A DNA stretch of 64,000 nt, taken from positions 160,001 to 224,000 of the forward strand of contig JBGAHS010000007.1 of the NCBI GenBank assembly GCA_044226015.1, read 5' to 3'. The position numbers and the translations under genes are program-made. Shown piece after piece: positions 54,850 through 64,000 of the stretch. This stretch comes from Candidatus Obscuribacteraceae bacterium (GTDB lineage: Bacteria > Cyanobacteriota > Vampirovibrionia > Obscuribacterales > Obscuribacteraceae). Numbering within the stretch: the stretch's first letter is position 1; each line of letters starts with the position of its first letter. The notes under the pieces are model-generated. The model was not told the origin of the DNA. It searched no databases and was given only the letters and a program-made list of their open reading frames with translations.

Positions 54850-57099
54850 TTAGTAGATGTAGAGCATCTCGCGGAACTTAGGTAGTGGCCACAGCGAGTC
54901 ATCCACCATACTTTCCAGATCGTCGGCAGCTGCTCTCACAGCATTCATTGATGGAATTACTTTCTCTTGATAGAAGCGAGCGTGATCGAGAACATCATTT
55001 TCGCCTTCGTGATCTACTTCACGAGTGATTGCATCGAGGTGCTCAAGCATCAATTTCAACTTGTTGATTTTTTCGCATACATCTCTGAGCAGTTTCTCTT
55101 GAGGTTGCAATTCAAGTCCAGCTATTGCTGCCTTGGTTTGTGCAATGCTGGTAGCCAGTTTTAACTGGTAATCGATTGCGGCAGGGAGAATCATTGTGTT
55201 GCCCATATTAATGGTCAACTGGGCTTCGATATTTATGGTTTTGCAATAGCTTTCAAGCAATATGATGTAACGGCTTTGCATTTCATCTCTGCTCAGAACA
55301 CCAAAGCGCTCGAATAAATGGAGGCTTTCTTCTTCCAAATAGACCGGCAACGCTTCAACTGTGTTCTTAAAGTTTGGCAAGCCGCGTTTTGCTGCTTCTT
55401 CGTGCCATTCTTTCGAGTAGTTATCGCCATTGAATATGATTCTCTGGTTTTCGGTGAGAACATTCTTTACGACTTTCAACGCAGCATCAGGCAAATTCTC
55501 TGTAGTCTTCAACTCGGCTTCAAGCATGTTTGAGATGTAATCGAGAGAATCAGCTACCATGGTGTTCAGCACCGTATTTGGTGTTCCGATAGATTGGCTA
55601 GAGCCAACTGCGCGGAATTCAAATTTGTTGCCGGTGAACGCGAATGGAGAGGTTCTGTTTCTATCAGAATCATCGCGCGGCAATTCTGGAAGTGTTGAAA
55701 TTCCGATTTGTAGCGCTTTTGATTTGGCACCTGCAGCGTCTTTGCCTTCAACGATAGCTTCAACCAGGGCTCTCAGTGCATCACCAAGGTAAATGCTCAT
55801 GATTGCTGGTGGAGCTTCGTTCGCGCCTAGACGATGGTCATTGCCAGCGGAAGCAATACTTGCTCTGAGCATTCCGCCGTACTTATTCACGGCTCTGATT
55901 ACTGCGCTGAGAACCACGAGGAACTGTAAGTTGTCGTGTGGTGTTTTACCAGGATCAAGAAGGTTGTTGCCTTTGTCATCAGCCATCGACCAGTTGTTGT
56001 GCTTACCACTTCCATTTACACCTGAGAATGGCTTTTCGTGGAACAGGCAGCGGAATCCATGTTTTTGTGCGGTCTTTTTGAAGACTTCCATCAATAACAT
56101 GTTGTGGTCGGTAGCGACGTTGCTGAATTCGAAGACCGGTGCGACTTCAAACTGAGCTGGTGCTACTTCATTGTGGCGGGTCTTTACTGGAACTCCGAGC
56201 TTGTAGAGTTCCAATTCAGAGTCCATCATGAACGAGAGAACGCGCTCTCTGATCGAGCCCCAGTAGTGGTCTTCCATTTCCTGACCTTTAGGAGGACGAG
56301 CTCCGAAAAGAGCCCGTCCGCAATTGATAAGGTCTGGACGCATCAGGAAAAATGATTCGTCAATCAGGAAGTACTCTTGTTCAGGACCAACTGTGCAATT
56401 GATTCTTTCTGAACTTGTATTTCCCAGCAAACGCAGAAGGCGCATGCCTGTCTTGTTGATTGCATCTAATGAGCGAAGAAGTGGTGTCTTCTTGTCGAGA
56501 GCATGTCCACCATAAGAACAGAATACTGTTGGGATACAGAGAGTCTTTCCGTTGGTGCTTTCCATGATGAATGCTGGACTTGTAGCATCCCAACCAGTGT
56601 ATCCTCTAGCTTCGAAAGTTGAGCGAATTCCGCCTGAAGGGAAACTTGAAGCATCTGGTTCACCCTGAATAAGCACTTTCCCAGAGAATTCTAGAATTGC
56701 GCCTTCATCACCTGTTGATACCAGAAACGCGTCATGCTTTTCTGCAGTGAGACCCGTGAGGGGCATGAACCAGTGCGTGAAGTGTGTTGCTCCACGTGAA
56801 ATAGCCCAATCTTTCATTGCGTTAGCCACTACATCTGCCAGAGATGGATCAAGGCTCTCACCATGATCTAGGCAGCGCACAACGGCTTTATAAACAGCTT
56901 TCGGCAAGAGCTGTCGCATTGTTGCGCGATTAAAAACGTTGCTGCCGAAAAGTTCTGGCAGCGCTGTGCGTGAGTCCATACTTGACTTAACTGGCTGTCG
57001 ATTCTGAACCGTGTTGATAGCTTTGTGTCTGGGATTTCCGTTTCCGTGTGCTGTGCTGTGCATCGTAGTTGCTGCCTTATCTGCGACTGAGTGTGTCAT
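54850..57099 (-). CDS. glnN: Glutamine synthetase type III (GlnN-like)
   Basis: 749 aa; THWFMPLTGLTAEKHDAF, GEPDASSFPSGG, EQEYFL, HNEVAP, HEKPF, DRNRTSPFAFTGNKFEFRA, WPLP. Confidence 0.95.
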   Translation of the reverse strand: MTHSVADKAATTMHSTAHGNGNPRHKAINTVQNRQPVKSSMDSRTALPELFGSNVFNRATMRQLLPKAVYKAVVRCLDHGESLDPSLADVVANAMKDWAISRGATHFTHWFMPLTGLTAEKHDAFLVSTGDEGAILEFSGKVLIQGEPDASSFPSGGIRSTFEARGYTGWDATSPAFIMESTNGKTLCIPTVFCSYGGHALDKKTPLLRSLDAINKTGMRLLRLLGNTSSERINCTVGPEQEYFLIDESFFLMRPDLINCGRALFGARPPKGQEMEDHYWGSIRERVLSFMMDSELELYKLGVPVKTRHNEVAPAQFEVAPVFEFSNVATDHNMLLMEVFKKTAQKHGFRCLFHEKPFSGVNGSGKHNNWSMADDKGNNLLDPGKTPHDNLQFLVVLSAVIRAVNKYGGMLRASIASAGNDHRLGANEAPPAIMSIYLGDALRALVEAIVEGKDAAGAKSKALQIGISTLPELPRDDSDRNRTSPFAFTGNKFEFRAVGSSQSIGTPNTVLNTMVADSLDYISNMLEAELKTTENLPDAALKVVKNVLTENQRIIFNGDNYSKEWHEEAAKRGLPNFKNTVEALPVYLEEESLHLFERFGVLSRDEMQSRYIILLESYCKTINIEAQLTINMGNTMILPAAIDYQLKLATSIAQTKAAIAGLELQPQEKLLRDVCEKINKLKLMLEHLDAITREVDHEGENDVLDHARFYQEKVIPSMNAVRAAADDLESMVDDSLWPLPKFREMLYIY

Positions 57100-57114
57100 C
57101 TTGTTCTGTTCCTC

Positions 57115-57546
57115 CTAGGCGCCCATTGCCTTTAGAATTACGCGCTTCTTACGCTTCCCATCAAACTCTGCATAAAAAATCTGTTCCCACGGTCCCAAGT
57201 CCAGCTTGCCTTCAGTGATAGGCACAGTGACCTGATGGTTAATGAGAATGCGCTTCAGATGCGCATCTCCGTTGTCTTCGCCCGTGTTGTGGTGCTTGTA
57301 GTCCAGACCGGAAGGTGCCAGTTTCTCAAGCCATTGATCAATGTCTTGAATCAAGCCGCCTTCCCAATCGTTTATGTAAACGCCTGCTGTGATGTGCATC
57401 GCGGAAACCAGCACAAAGCCCTCTTTGATGCCGCTTTCCTTGACCATATTCTCGACTTCGTCGGTTATGCGTATATACTCCCTGGTCTTTTTCGTGTCGA
57501 ACCAGAGGTATTTTGTATATGTCTTCAAGCCGTCACTTACCTTCAT
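57115..57546 (-). CDS. yjbQ: YjbQ/UPF0047 family protein
   Basis: [38 protein letters not shown]. Confidence 0.9.
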   Translation of the reverse strand: MKVSDGLKTYTKYLWFDTKKTREYIRITDEVENMVKESGIKEGFVLVSAMHITAGVYINDWEGGLIQDIDQWLEKLAPSGLDYKHHNTGEDNGDAHLKRILINHQVTVPITEGKLDLGPWEQIFYAEFDGKRKKRVILKAMGA

Positions 57547-57730
57547 CCGGGAACCCCATGATTAAGCTGATTGCCGTATTCTCTTGAAAAGAAAGCGGCT
57601 CTTTGGACTGCTTCGACAGTTTAGCGCTTTAATCTACAAACTACATTTATTTGTTAAGAAGTCGATCTAATACAGAGCGCGCGAAAGCTGATTGTAACGC
57701 GCTGTTAGCCCATAATTCTCTGTGCCGGTT

Positions 57731-59023
57731 CTAAATGGAGCCGCTAATTCTTCTAATTAAATCAGTCATTCCGGGCTTCAAGAGCGCTTCGGAAGCAGCC
57801 GGTAAAGCATCAATGTTAAGCTCGCCCTTCCATTTTGATAGTTTCTTTACGGATTCGGCGTAATCCAATGGTTTGATGCTGACTGGCATCATGCCGTTTT
57901 GCTGCGAATTCCAGCGCAAGTCGACCCGCACAGAAAGCTGTTTTTGAGGGTCAAATACAACAGATTTAAAGGTTTGCTGTTCGAGTGCTTCAGCAGCTTG
58001 AGAGAATTCTGCAAGCTTTCCACTCTTTTGAAGTTTCAAGATTGCTTCGGCTTGTCTGCCTGTTCCTTCATAGAAGGTTATTATGCCTTCTTTCGGAACG
58101 CCGATGACGCCAGTTTTATAGACAGTATTGAAGTCTCCACTGGTTGGTAGCAAATGATTTTCATGTGTATGAAACAGCTGTTCTGCTCTCTTTCCCATGT
58201 AGACTTCGCTTTCATTACCGGGCAATCTTGCGCTCAGTTTTATTTCAGGAGTTGCAGACTTGAGCTTGAAAAAACGACCTTCTTCTAGCCCTCTCCAGGG
58301 AGTTTTGCTCACCATTTCCTGGGCTGCTTGAAACAGATTCGCTCCTTCTCCTGTGCTGCCAATTTTCAACGTCTGTGCATCAGTGCTCAAGTAATGAAGC
58401 CCCTCTGGCGCGAGCCTGCGTGCAGGAAGCTCTGCCACATTCTTCACTGATTCCGAAATTGAAGATAGCGAAGAAAATTTGTTGGTCAAACGCAGCCCGC
58501 CATAAGCCCCCGCAAGAAGCGCTGGTGATGTTTCTAGAAGGTCAGCACTTAGCTTGCCCAGGGTCTTGCTTCCTGTCTGCACTAACGCGCTTTGCTCGCT
58601 GGCATTGTTTGCATAGTAAGCTTTTGCCGAAAAGTTCAAAGAGCTTCCAAGGGCGGCTGTTCCAGCACCTAAACCGCCCAGTGTCAGCAATGACTTTGCA
58701 AAAACCGGTGACTTTGCCAGAAGCACAGCTGTGCCGAAGCCAATTGCTGTTGATTCAAGCACTTTCAGTGCTGTTTCGGGCTTCTTAAAATCTGAGCTTA
58801 GTGAGTTTGCAAACTCTCCCGGAGCAGCGGCAAAAGTTTGCATGTATACCGAGGCAATATTTGAAAGCCCCGCCTTTATGCCGCTGGGTTCAGTGTGCAT
58901 AACTGCAGCTAGCGACTCAGCGCTGCTGAGCCGCGTGTTCTCGACAAGAGCTAAGAGCGAGATTTCGCTCTGGTCCTTTACGCCGGTTTTTGTGCCGTTG
59001 GAAAGTTCCGAAAGCTCTCCCAT
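57731..59023 (-). CDS. Hypothetical protein: hydrophobic N-terminal region and C-terminal JAB/MPN+-like motif
   Basis: Gly/Ala-rich hydrophobic helices; E(GLEEG)...FHTHENHLLPTSGD. Confidence 0.55.
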   Translation of the reverse strand: MGELSELSNGTKTGVKDQSEISLLALVENTRLSSAESLAAVMHTEPSGIKAGLSNIASVYMQTFAAAPGEFANSLSSDFKKPETALKVLESTAIGFGTAVLLAKSPVFAKSLLTLGGLGAGTAALGSSLNFSAKAYYANNASEQSALVQTGSKTLGKLSADLLETSPALLAGAYGGLRLTNKFSSLSSISESVKNVAELPARRLAPEGLHYLSTDAQTLKIGSTGEGANLFQAAQEMVSKTPWRGLEEGRFFKLKSATPEIKLSARLPGNESEVYMGKRAEQLFHTHENHLLPTSGDFNTVYKTGVIGVPKEGIITFYEGTGRQAEAILKLQKSGKLAEFSQAAEALEQQTFKSVVFDPQKQLSVRVDLRWNSQQNGMMPVSIKPLDYAESVKKLSKWKGELNIDALPAASEALLKPGMTDLIRRISGSI

Positions 59024-59089
59024 AAGCCACTAGTTTCTCCGTTTCTGCTTAGATGCTAAGCTTTCCGGAGCCTTCAGTCAGTGGGGAAA

Positions 59090-60658
59090 TTACGATTGGG
59101 TCTCAAGCACTTTGTTGAGGTATTTTGGTGGGCAAAAGGTGCCAAACTCGCCAGCCTTAAGCTTCGCTGACTTGTTTTTCAGCGCTTCTACAAAAATCGT
59201 GGATACTGTACTGAGCTCGCCTCCCTCAGATTTGAGTTCGCTCAATTGTTTGGTGGCCAGTCTTTTGTCTCCACTAACTAGCTCGAAGGCAATCAGGTCT
59301 GTTGCATAGTCTTGATAGGCCAGGCGTGCCATAACTTGCTTCCGGTCTTGCTTGAACAGTTTCTTTTGCGCTTCTACTTGCTCATTTAAGTACTTCCGGC
59401 ACGCATCTGTTTCATTGGCTAACGCGAGAAGCTGAGCGTAATCTCTCTTGTGGGGAATCGAACGATAGTGTTTATCATTGCCGTGGGTGCTTTTGCGCTC
59501 ATCGAAAGCTATGGCGGCTAAAACTATTTGTTTTGCTGCATCGAAGTTGTTTGCAAGAATGAAGTTTTTACTGTAGTCGATTTGATCAGAGCCGTAATCA
59601 AGCTCGGAATTGAAGTTTGCAACCTGGCTTAAATACGAACTCAAATGAGAATTGTATTCGGGCTTCATTCCTTTCTTGTAATATGCATAGGCGAGCGCAT
59701 AGCTATCAAAGACCAGAGATGGTTGGTAGACAAGTTCTTTCGTGCCGCGCATCTGCAACGCTTCTTTGGCATGAGCTATGATTTTGTCAAACTCTCTCAA
59801 CTCAATTTCGTTTGCAGTGAGTCTTTCCAGAGCGTAGACCTTCCAGTCAGAGCGCTCTTTCGAAATGTCGTGCAAGTTTTGAAAGGCAATTTCTGCCTCT
59901 GCGTTTTTTCCACTGTTGAAGTAAACAGAGCCTAGTTTTGAGTAACAATCTCTTTGCCATGGAACTGACTTCTGATCGCTTGCGATTTGAAGTCCTCGTT
60001 TCAAAATGCTCTCTGCCTGTTCGGGCTGATTGTTTTTGGACAGATACTCACCCAACTGATTTAGCGTTTCAATCAAAGCAAAATTGTCTTTGCCGAGAGC
60101 CCTTTCTTGAAGGGCAAGTGATTCCCTCAGCACCGATATTGCACCAGGCAAATCGTAGTTTCTCTCTTTTGCCTGCGCCAACTCTATTCGAGCCATGCTC
60201 GCATATCGATTAACGGGTTGTTTCTTGCAAATTTCAACTATGCGTTGATTGTATTTCTCGGCAGCTTCGTAGTTATGATCTTTAGTCTCCAGCTCAGCAG
60301 CCAGGCTTAAAGCGGTGCAAACCATTATGTTGTCTGCTCCCAGCTCGTCTTCATAAATTGCTCGCGCGACTTCAATCTCAGAACGTGCTGCCTGGTTTTT
60401 TCCTTCAGCCAGGTTCTTTTGTGCGCTAGAAATAGCAAAATGGGCTTTGAGCAGCCGTTTATTGTGTTCCTGACTGAATGCTCTTGATACTAGCCTACCC
60501 CAGTTAACATCAGGTGTTTGTTCGTAAGAGGAATTCGAACTTGTCTTTATTTCCTTGATTTGCATAAACATAAAAGCGCAGATTGCGACGGGCAGGACGA
60601 GGAAAAATCCAACTCCTGCCGCTATCAGGACAATCTGTTTTTTTGTAAGTTTAGGCAA
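59090..60658 (-). CDS. Membrane-anchored TPR protein
   Basis: N-terminal TM segment; TPRs (TLNQLG, CYSKLG). Confidence 0.8.
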   Translation of the reverse strand: MPKLTKKQIVLIAAGVGFFLVLPVAICAFMFMQIKEIKTSSNSSYEQTPDVNWGRLVSRAFSQEHNKRLLKAHFAISSAQKNLAEGKNQAARSEIEVARAIYEDELGADNIMVCTALSLAAELETKDHNYEAAEKYNQRIVEICKKQPVNRYASMARIELAQAKERNYDLPGAISVLRESLALQERALGKDNFALIETLNQLGEYLSKNNQPEQAESILKRGLQIASDQKSVPWQRDCYSKLGSVYFNSGKNAEAEIAFQNLHDISKERSDWKVYALERLTANEIELREFDKIIAHAKEALQMRGTKELVYQPSLVFDSYALAYAYYKKGMKPEYNSHLSSYLSQVANFNSELDYGSDQIDYSKNFILANNFDAAKQIVLAAIAFDERKSTHGNDKHYRSIPHKRDYAQLLALANETDACRKYLNEQVEAQKKLFKQDRKQVMARLAYQDYATDLIAFELVSGDKRLATKQLSELKSEGGELSTVSTIFVEALKNKSAKLKAGEFGTFCPPKYLNKVLETQS

Positions 60659-60669
60659 GCGCGAACCTG

Positions 60670-61896
60670 TTAGATCGGTGCTGTTTTCGGGCTAGGGGAA
60701 GAGGTTGCCTTGATTGAACTGTGAGCATTTGAGCTGGCTTGCAGTCTGGCTAGACTTGCTTTAGCGCTCAGCATGTCAGGGTTGAGTGAAACCGCATGAA
60801 GATATGCGTTTATGGCGTCGGAGTTATTTCCCTTTTGCTCCAACAATTTACCCAAATGTGACCAGAGATCTGCATTCGATGGGGAAAGTGTTACAGCTGT
60901 TTCAAGTTCACGTTTGGCAGTTTCGAGATCGCCGTGGCTTTCGGCCATGTAAGCGAGATCCACATGGTAGGCTGCAGCGTTTGGTTGACTTTTTACAGCT
61001 TCTTCCAATTCCTTTTGCGCTTCTTGCACTTTGCCATTCTGCGCGAGCATATAAGCAAGATCTGCTCGGGATGAGCCATCATGCGGAGCCAGTTCGAACG
61101 TTCGTTGATAATGTTCTTCCGCCTTTGCGAAATTTCCTAAGTTGGCGTATCCATAAGCAAGTGATCGTTGAACTGCAAAATCATCTGGCACAAGGTCGCT
61201 GGCAAGCTCCAGCTCTGTTACGGCTTTTATCCAATCCTGGTTGCGAGCCCATTGCATGCCCTTCTTATAATGTTTGACCATACTGTCAGTTTTGAGAACG
61301 TGAGCTTCTTCCGGAGTCATGGGAACCGCTTCGCAGAGCCCAACTGTCATCATGAATTCGGCCACACTGCGCCAGAAATTGAATTTCAGCAGTGAAACTA
61401 CACAAAGGTCTCTGTGTGCTATTTTGAGATCTGGATAATCCATGATTGCAAGATCTAGCTCTGTTTGAGCTAAATCAAGTTCCCAATCTTTCATATATCG
61501 TTTGGACTCTGCCCAATGTCTGACTCCACGGTCATGAGCGGCATCAGGCAAAGCAGCTGCAAGTCCTTCAGCGCTTTGTTCGGTTGTAGATGTCGATGCG
61601 CTGGTATCGTCATTGGTGTCATCTTTGGCGTTTGCATCGCTGGCAGTTTCGGGTTTATTTTCTTCAGATGCCGTAGCACTGTCTTCGGTGCTGGCAGCAG
61701 ATTGTTCTGATTTTACCCCGGCGACGGCTGTGTTTTGCGCAGCTTGGCTGGCTTTCTCAGAAATCTTGGTATCCGATTTAGGGGAAGATTTGCTGTCTTC
61801 CGGACTTGCTGTAACAAGTTGCCCACTCAAAAAAGTAATTGACAAAGCAAGCATCAATGCTCTTTTGGGCTGAAAAAACAAATTACTCACGAGCAT
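60670..61896 (-). CDS. Secreted TPR protein
   Basis: Signal peptide, S/T/D-rich linker, C-terminal TPRs. Confidence 0.82.
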   Translation of the reverse strand: MLVSNLFFQPKRALMLALSITFLSGQLVTASPEDSKSSPKSDTKISEKASQAAQNTAVAGVKSEQSAASTEDSATASEENKPETASDANAKDDTNDDTSASTSTTEQSAEGLAAALPDAAHDRGVRHWAESKRYMKDWELDLAQTELDLAIMDYPDLKIAHRDLCVVSLLKFNFWRSVAEFMMTVGLCEAVPMTPEEAHVLKTDSMVKHYKKGMQWARNQDWIKAVTELELASDLVPDDFAVQRSLAYGYANLGNFAKAEEHYQRTFELAPHDGSSRADLAYMLAQNGKVQEAQKELEEAVKSQPNAAAYHVDLAYMAESHGDLETAKRELETAVTLSPSNADLWSHLGKLLEQKGNNSDAINAYLHAVSLNPDMLSAKASLARLQASSNAHSSIKATSSPSPKTAPI

Positions 61897-62031
61897 GCAA
61901 ATCCCTCATTGGGTCAGTACAAGATTCATTATGCCATTAGTTTTAATTGAGATCTAAAGCATTTTGCATCGAAGTTGATCAGGATTTTTCCTAGTTGATC
62001 TGCAAAAGCATTGTCTTTATTGCCTTTGCGA

Positions 62032-62922
62032 CTAGATGGCGACCATCGACATCTCATGCTCTTTGCAGAATGCCAACATCTCTTCCTTTTCAACAATCAT
62101 TGTCTCGTGGGCGCCTACAGCCAGTACCCCTCCGGGCTTGGGGGACAGCATCGATTTTAATGTATTCATTCCTACTGCTGGAATATCGAAGCGTTCGTCG
62201 TGTCCCCTTTTCGCCACTTTTACGACGACAACGGGACCCTTTGCCAGTTGAACAGCTCTCTGAATCGCGCGGTCCGTTCCCTCAATTGCCTCAATCGCCA
62301 TGATCATCTGGTTTCGCACAATAACAGTCTGACCAATATCTAGACGGGCGATTTCCTTAGCGATCCTCTTGCCGAACTCAATGTCTGCATACTCGCCTGT
62401 GCTTGGTTTTCGTTCTGTTAGCACTCCGAAATCGGGAAAAAGCTCGGTAAGGAACTCTGATTGAGTGCGAACTTTGATGCCATTGCGCTCAACAAAGTCG
62501 CCCATGGCTCGCTGAATTGTGTCGTCGTTGAAATCTGACAGCTTGCTCAGCTCTCTAACTGCCGTCCAATCAAACTTGGTCAGGTTCTTAAATATCTCGA
62601 GTTTTGGCACTTTACCGATGAACACAAGGTAGGGAATGCCCTCTGCTTTCATTAAATTGGCGTTTCTGCCTAATTGGCCGGGCGCTATCTGAAAAGTCTT
62701 GAGGCAATGTGACTGCACTCTATTCTCGGCTTCCGGGCTCAGGCAGAAGGCAACTACCTTGTATCCCTTAGCTGCAGCGCAACGGGCTAATATTGCGGGT
62801 AACTTTCCCTCGCCGGCTACCAGCCCAAGGAGGCAGCCATTCCCCGGACTTGCGGGTGTTTTTGGTACTTTAAGCTCTTCTGTGTTTTCCAAGTTAGTTA
62901 GCAAGATTCCGTTGTGCTCCAT
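62032..62922 (-). CDS. lpxI: UDP-2,3-diacylglucosamine diphosphatase LpxI (DUF1009 family)
   Basis: GLVAGEGKLP, DIGQTVIV, AIEAIEGTD..I.R, D.RFDIPAVG. Confidence 0.9.
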   Translation of the reverse strand: MEHNGILLTNLENTEELKVPKTPASPGNGCLLGLVAGEGKLPAILARCAAAKGYKVVAFCLSPEAENRVQSHCLKTFQIAPGQLGRNANLMKAEGIPYLVFIGKVPKLEIFKNLTKFDWTAVRELSKLSDFNDDTIQRAMGDFVERNGIKVRTQSEFLTELFPDFGVLTERKPSTGEYADIEFGKRIAKEIARLDIGQTVIVRNQMIMAIEAIEGTDRAIQRAVQLAKGPVVVVKVAKRGHDERFDIPAVGMNTLKSMLSPKPGGVLAVGAHETMIVEKEEMLAFCKEHEMSMVAI

Positions 62923-62986
62923 TAAAGGATGCCAAGTTTATCATTGGAACCCGCTGTTTGCCTGTTTTGCATCTAATTGTTGTTCT

Positions 62987-63016
62987 TGCTAAGCTTTGTT
63001 AATGTGTGTTAATGTG
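62987..63016. promoter_or_regulatory. Three TGYTAA direct repeats with 10-bp period in the lpxI divergent region
   Basis: TGCTAA 62987, TGTTAA 62997, TGTTAA 63007. Confidence 0.4.
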
Positions 63017-63134
63017 TTCCAAGAGCCAACGGGGATTTTATTCTTGCCGCTTCCGGTTAGAATCGGATAGAGTAAGATTATATCTATCCAAATTGCTGTA
63101 AAGGCTTGCGATTCGAAGAACAGGGGAATTTGTT

Positions 63135-63671
63135 ATGAAAAGGCTCTTGCTGGCTTCTCTCCTTGTGAGCATGGTTTCGACACCGGCACAGGCGCAGTTC
63201 GGTCGAAATGACAATCCAAACATGCGCAACTTCTACATGGCTCGTCAGCAAGTCCAAATATATGATGAAACTCCGCAAGTAAATGATATGAGAACAAATC
63301 CGGCTGCAGCTGCGCAAGCACCTGCGCCGGCAGTCGCTGGTCCACAGGCTTTGCCCCGAGCAGGCTTCAGCACCTACATGTCGGGGTATTCTGGTCCTAG
63401 TGCAAGGCAGGCGCTGCCTCCTGCAAGCAACGGCGTTCAAAAACTACCCCCGGCCGGACCCAACTTGACTGGGCAACGAGCACCAAGCGGTGGCACAATT
63501 AAGCCGAAAGTTGCCAAAGCTCCGGCAGTGAAGGCACCAGTGGTGGCCAAAAGCTATAAACCATATGCTAAGGCCCCTGTAAATACAGGTAACTCTGGCG
63601 GTCTTCTTAATTCTTCGACCTCCGTCTCTGGAAGTGTTTTGCACTGGAACCGCAGGAAAGCCGGTTACTAA
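63135..63671 (+). CDS. Secreted Pro/Ala-rich hypothetical protein
   Basis: Signal peptide MKRLLLASLLVSMVSTPAQA; GGGGA RBS. Confidence 0.75.
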   Translation: MKRLLLASLLVSMVSTPAQAQFGRNDNPNMRNFYMARQQVQIYDETPQVNDMRTNPAAAAQAPAPAVAGPQALPRAGFSTYMSGYSGPSARQALPPASNGVQKLPPAGPNLTGQRAPSGGTIKPKVAKAPAVKAPVVAKSYKPYAKAPVNTGNSGGLLNSSTSVSGSVLHWNRRKAGY

Positions 63672-64000
63672 AAGCGTCGCTCGATGCGCTGTTTTTTGCG
63701 AAGCGGTTTCTCAATTGCTTCGGGCAAATCTTTTTCTGCAGGCTTATTTTTTTCCGCAGTGGTTGTTGCAGTTCCACGTAACAAAGAAATCTGAATATCC
63801 AGTGTGCCAAGCTCGTTTCCTGCAGGATGCGAAAATACTGGCACTTTCATTACGCCGTTTTTCTGGATCGCCTTGCTCAGATACATGGTTCCGGTGCTTG
63901 TTTCACCCGGGAAAAGTAGTCTCTTCCCAAAACGAGATTCATCTATGTCTCGGCGTTCTTCATCCTTGCCATAAAATGCCGGACCAGGATTTTGCGCCTT
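63668..64000 (-). CDS. Hypothetical protein, 3' part (5'-truncated by window)
   Basis: Frame is open to the window edge: KAQNPGPAFYGKDEERRDIDESRFGKRLLFPGETSTGTMYL... Confidence 0.7.
   Translation of the reverse strand, partial: KAQNPGPAFYGKDEERRDIDESRFGKRLLFPGETSTGTMYLSKAIQKNGVMKVPVFSHPAGNELGTLDIQISLLRGTATTTAEKNKPAEKDLPEAIEKPLRKKQRIERRF

Noticed and set aside
57547..57730. Glutamine riboswitch or NtcA box upstream of yjbQ-GS
   Set aside because: No match to the glnA-motif consensus; GTAACGCGCTGTTA is not GTA-N8-TAC
62946..62976. Additional ECF promoters at 62946 and 26490
   Set aside because: GGAAC is present but the spacing to the -10-like element differs from the other four sites

Overview
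Gene-dense bacterial chromosomal segment. I saw no rRNA, tRNA, CRISPR array, integrase or transposase. Housekeeping genes: prs 3' end, mfd, mnmA, thpR, a fadJ/fadB-type gene, hpf/raiA, rsgA, typA, type III glutamine synthetase, yjbQ and lpxI. They are interspersed with many TPR/HEAT proteins, two membrane Ser/Thr kinases, a PP2C phosphatase, a hybrid histidine kinase, a haemagglutinin-like beta-helix protein and secreted hypothetical proteins. The cyanobacterial-type MnmA motifs, this TPR/kinase expansion and the lack of photosynthesis genes suggest a non-photosynthetic cyanobacterial relative such as Vampirovibrionia/Obscuribacterales (inference only). The most unusual signals are: (i) a ~220-nt hpf leader that folds into a closed multi-stem structure and also encodes four abutting mini-ORFs, three in frame with hpf; (ii) a ~20-copy 19-bp intergenic tandem array; (iii) an apparent operon of a giant TPR protein, an orphan NrdG-like radical SAM enzyme and a helical/WD40-like protein; (iv) a membrane-anchored protein with a JAB/MPN+-like motif; (v) an adhesin-like protein ending in tandem FecR-like domains; (vi) four GGAAC-N16-CGTC-like ECF-sigma promoter motifs. 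All calls come from reading motifs by eye; no database search was run.
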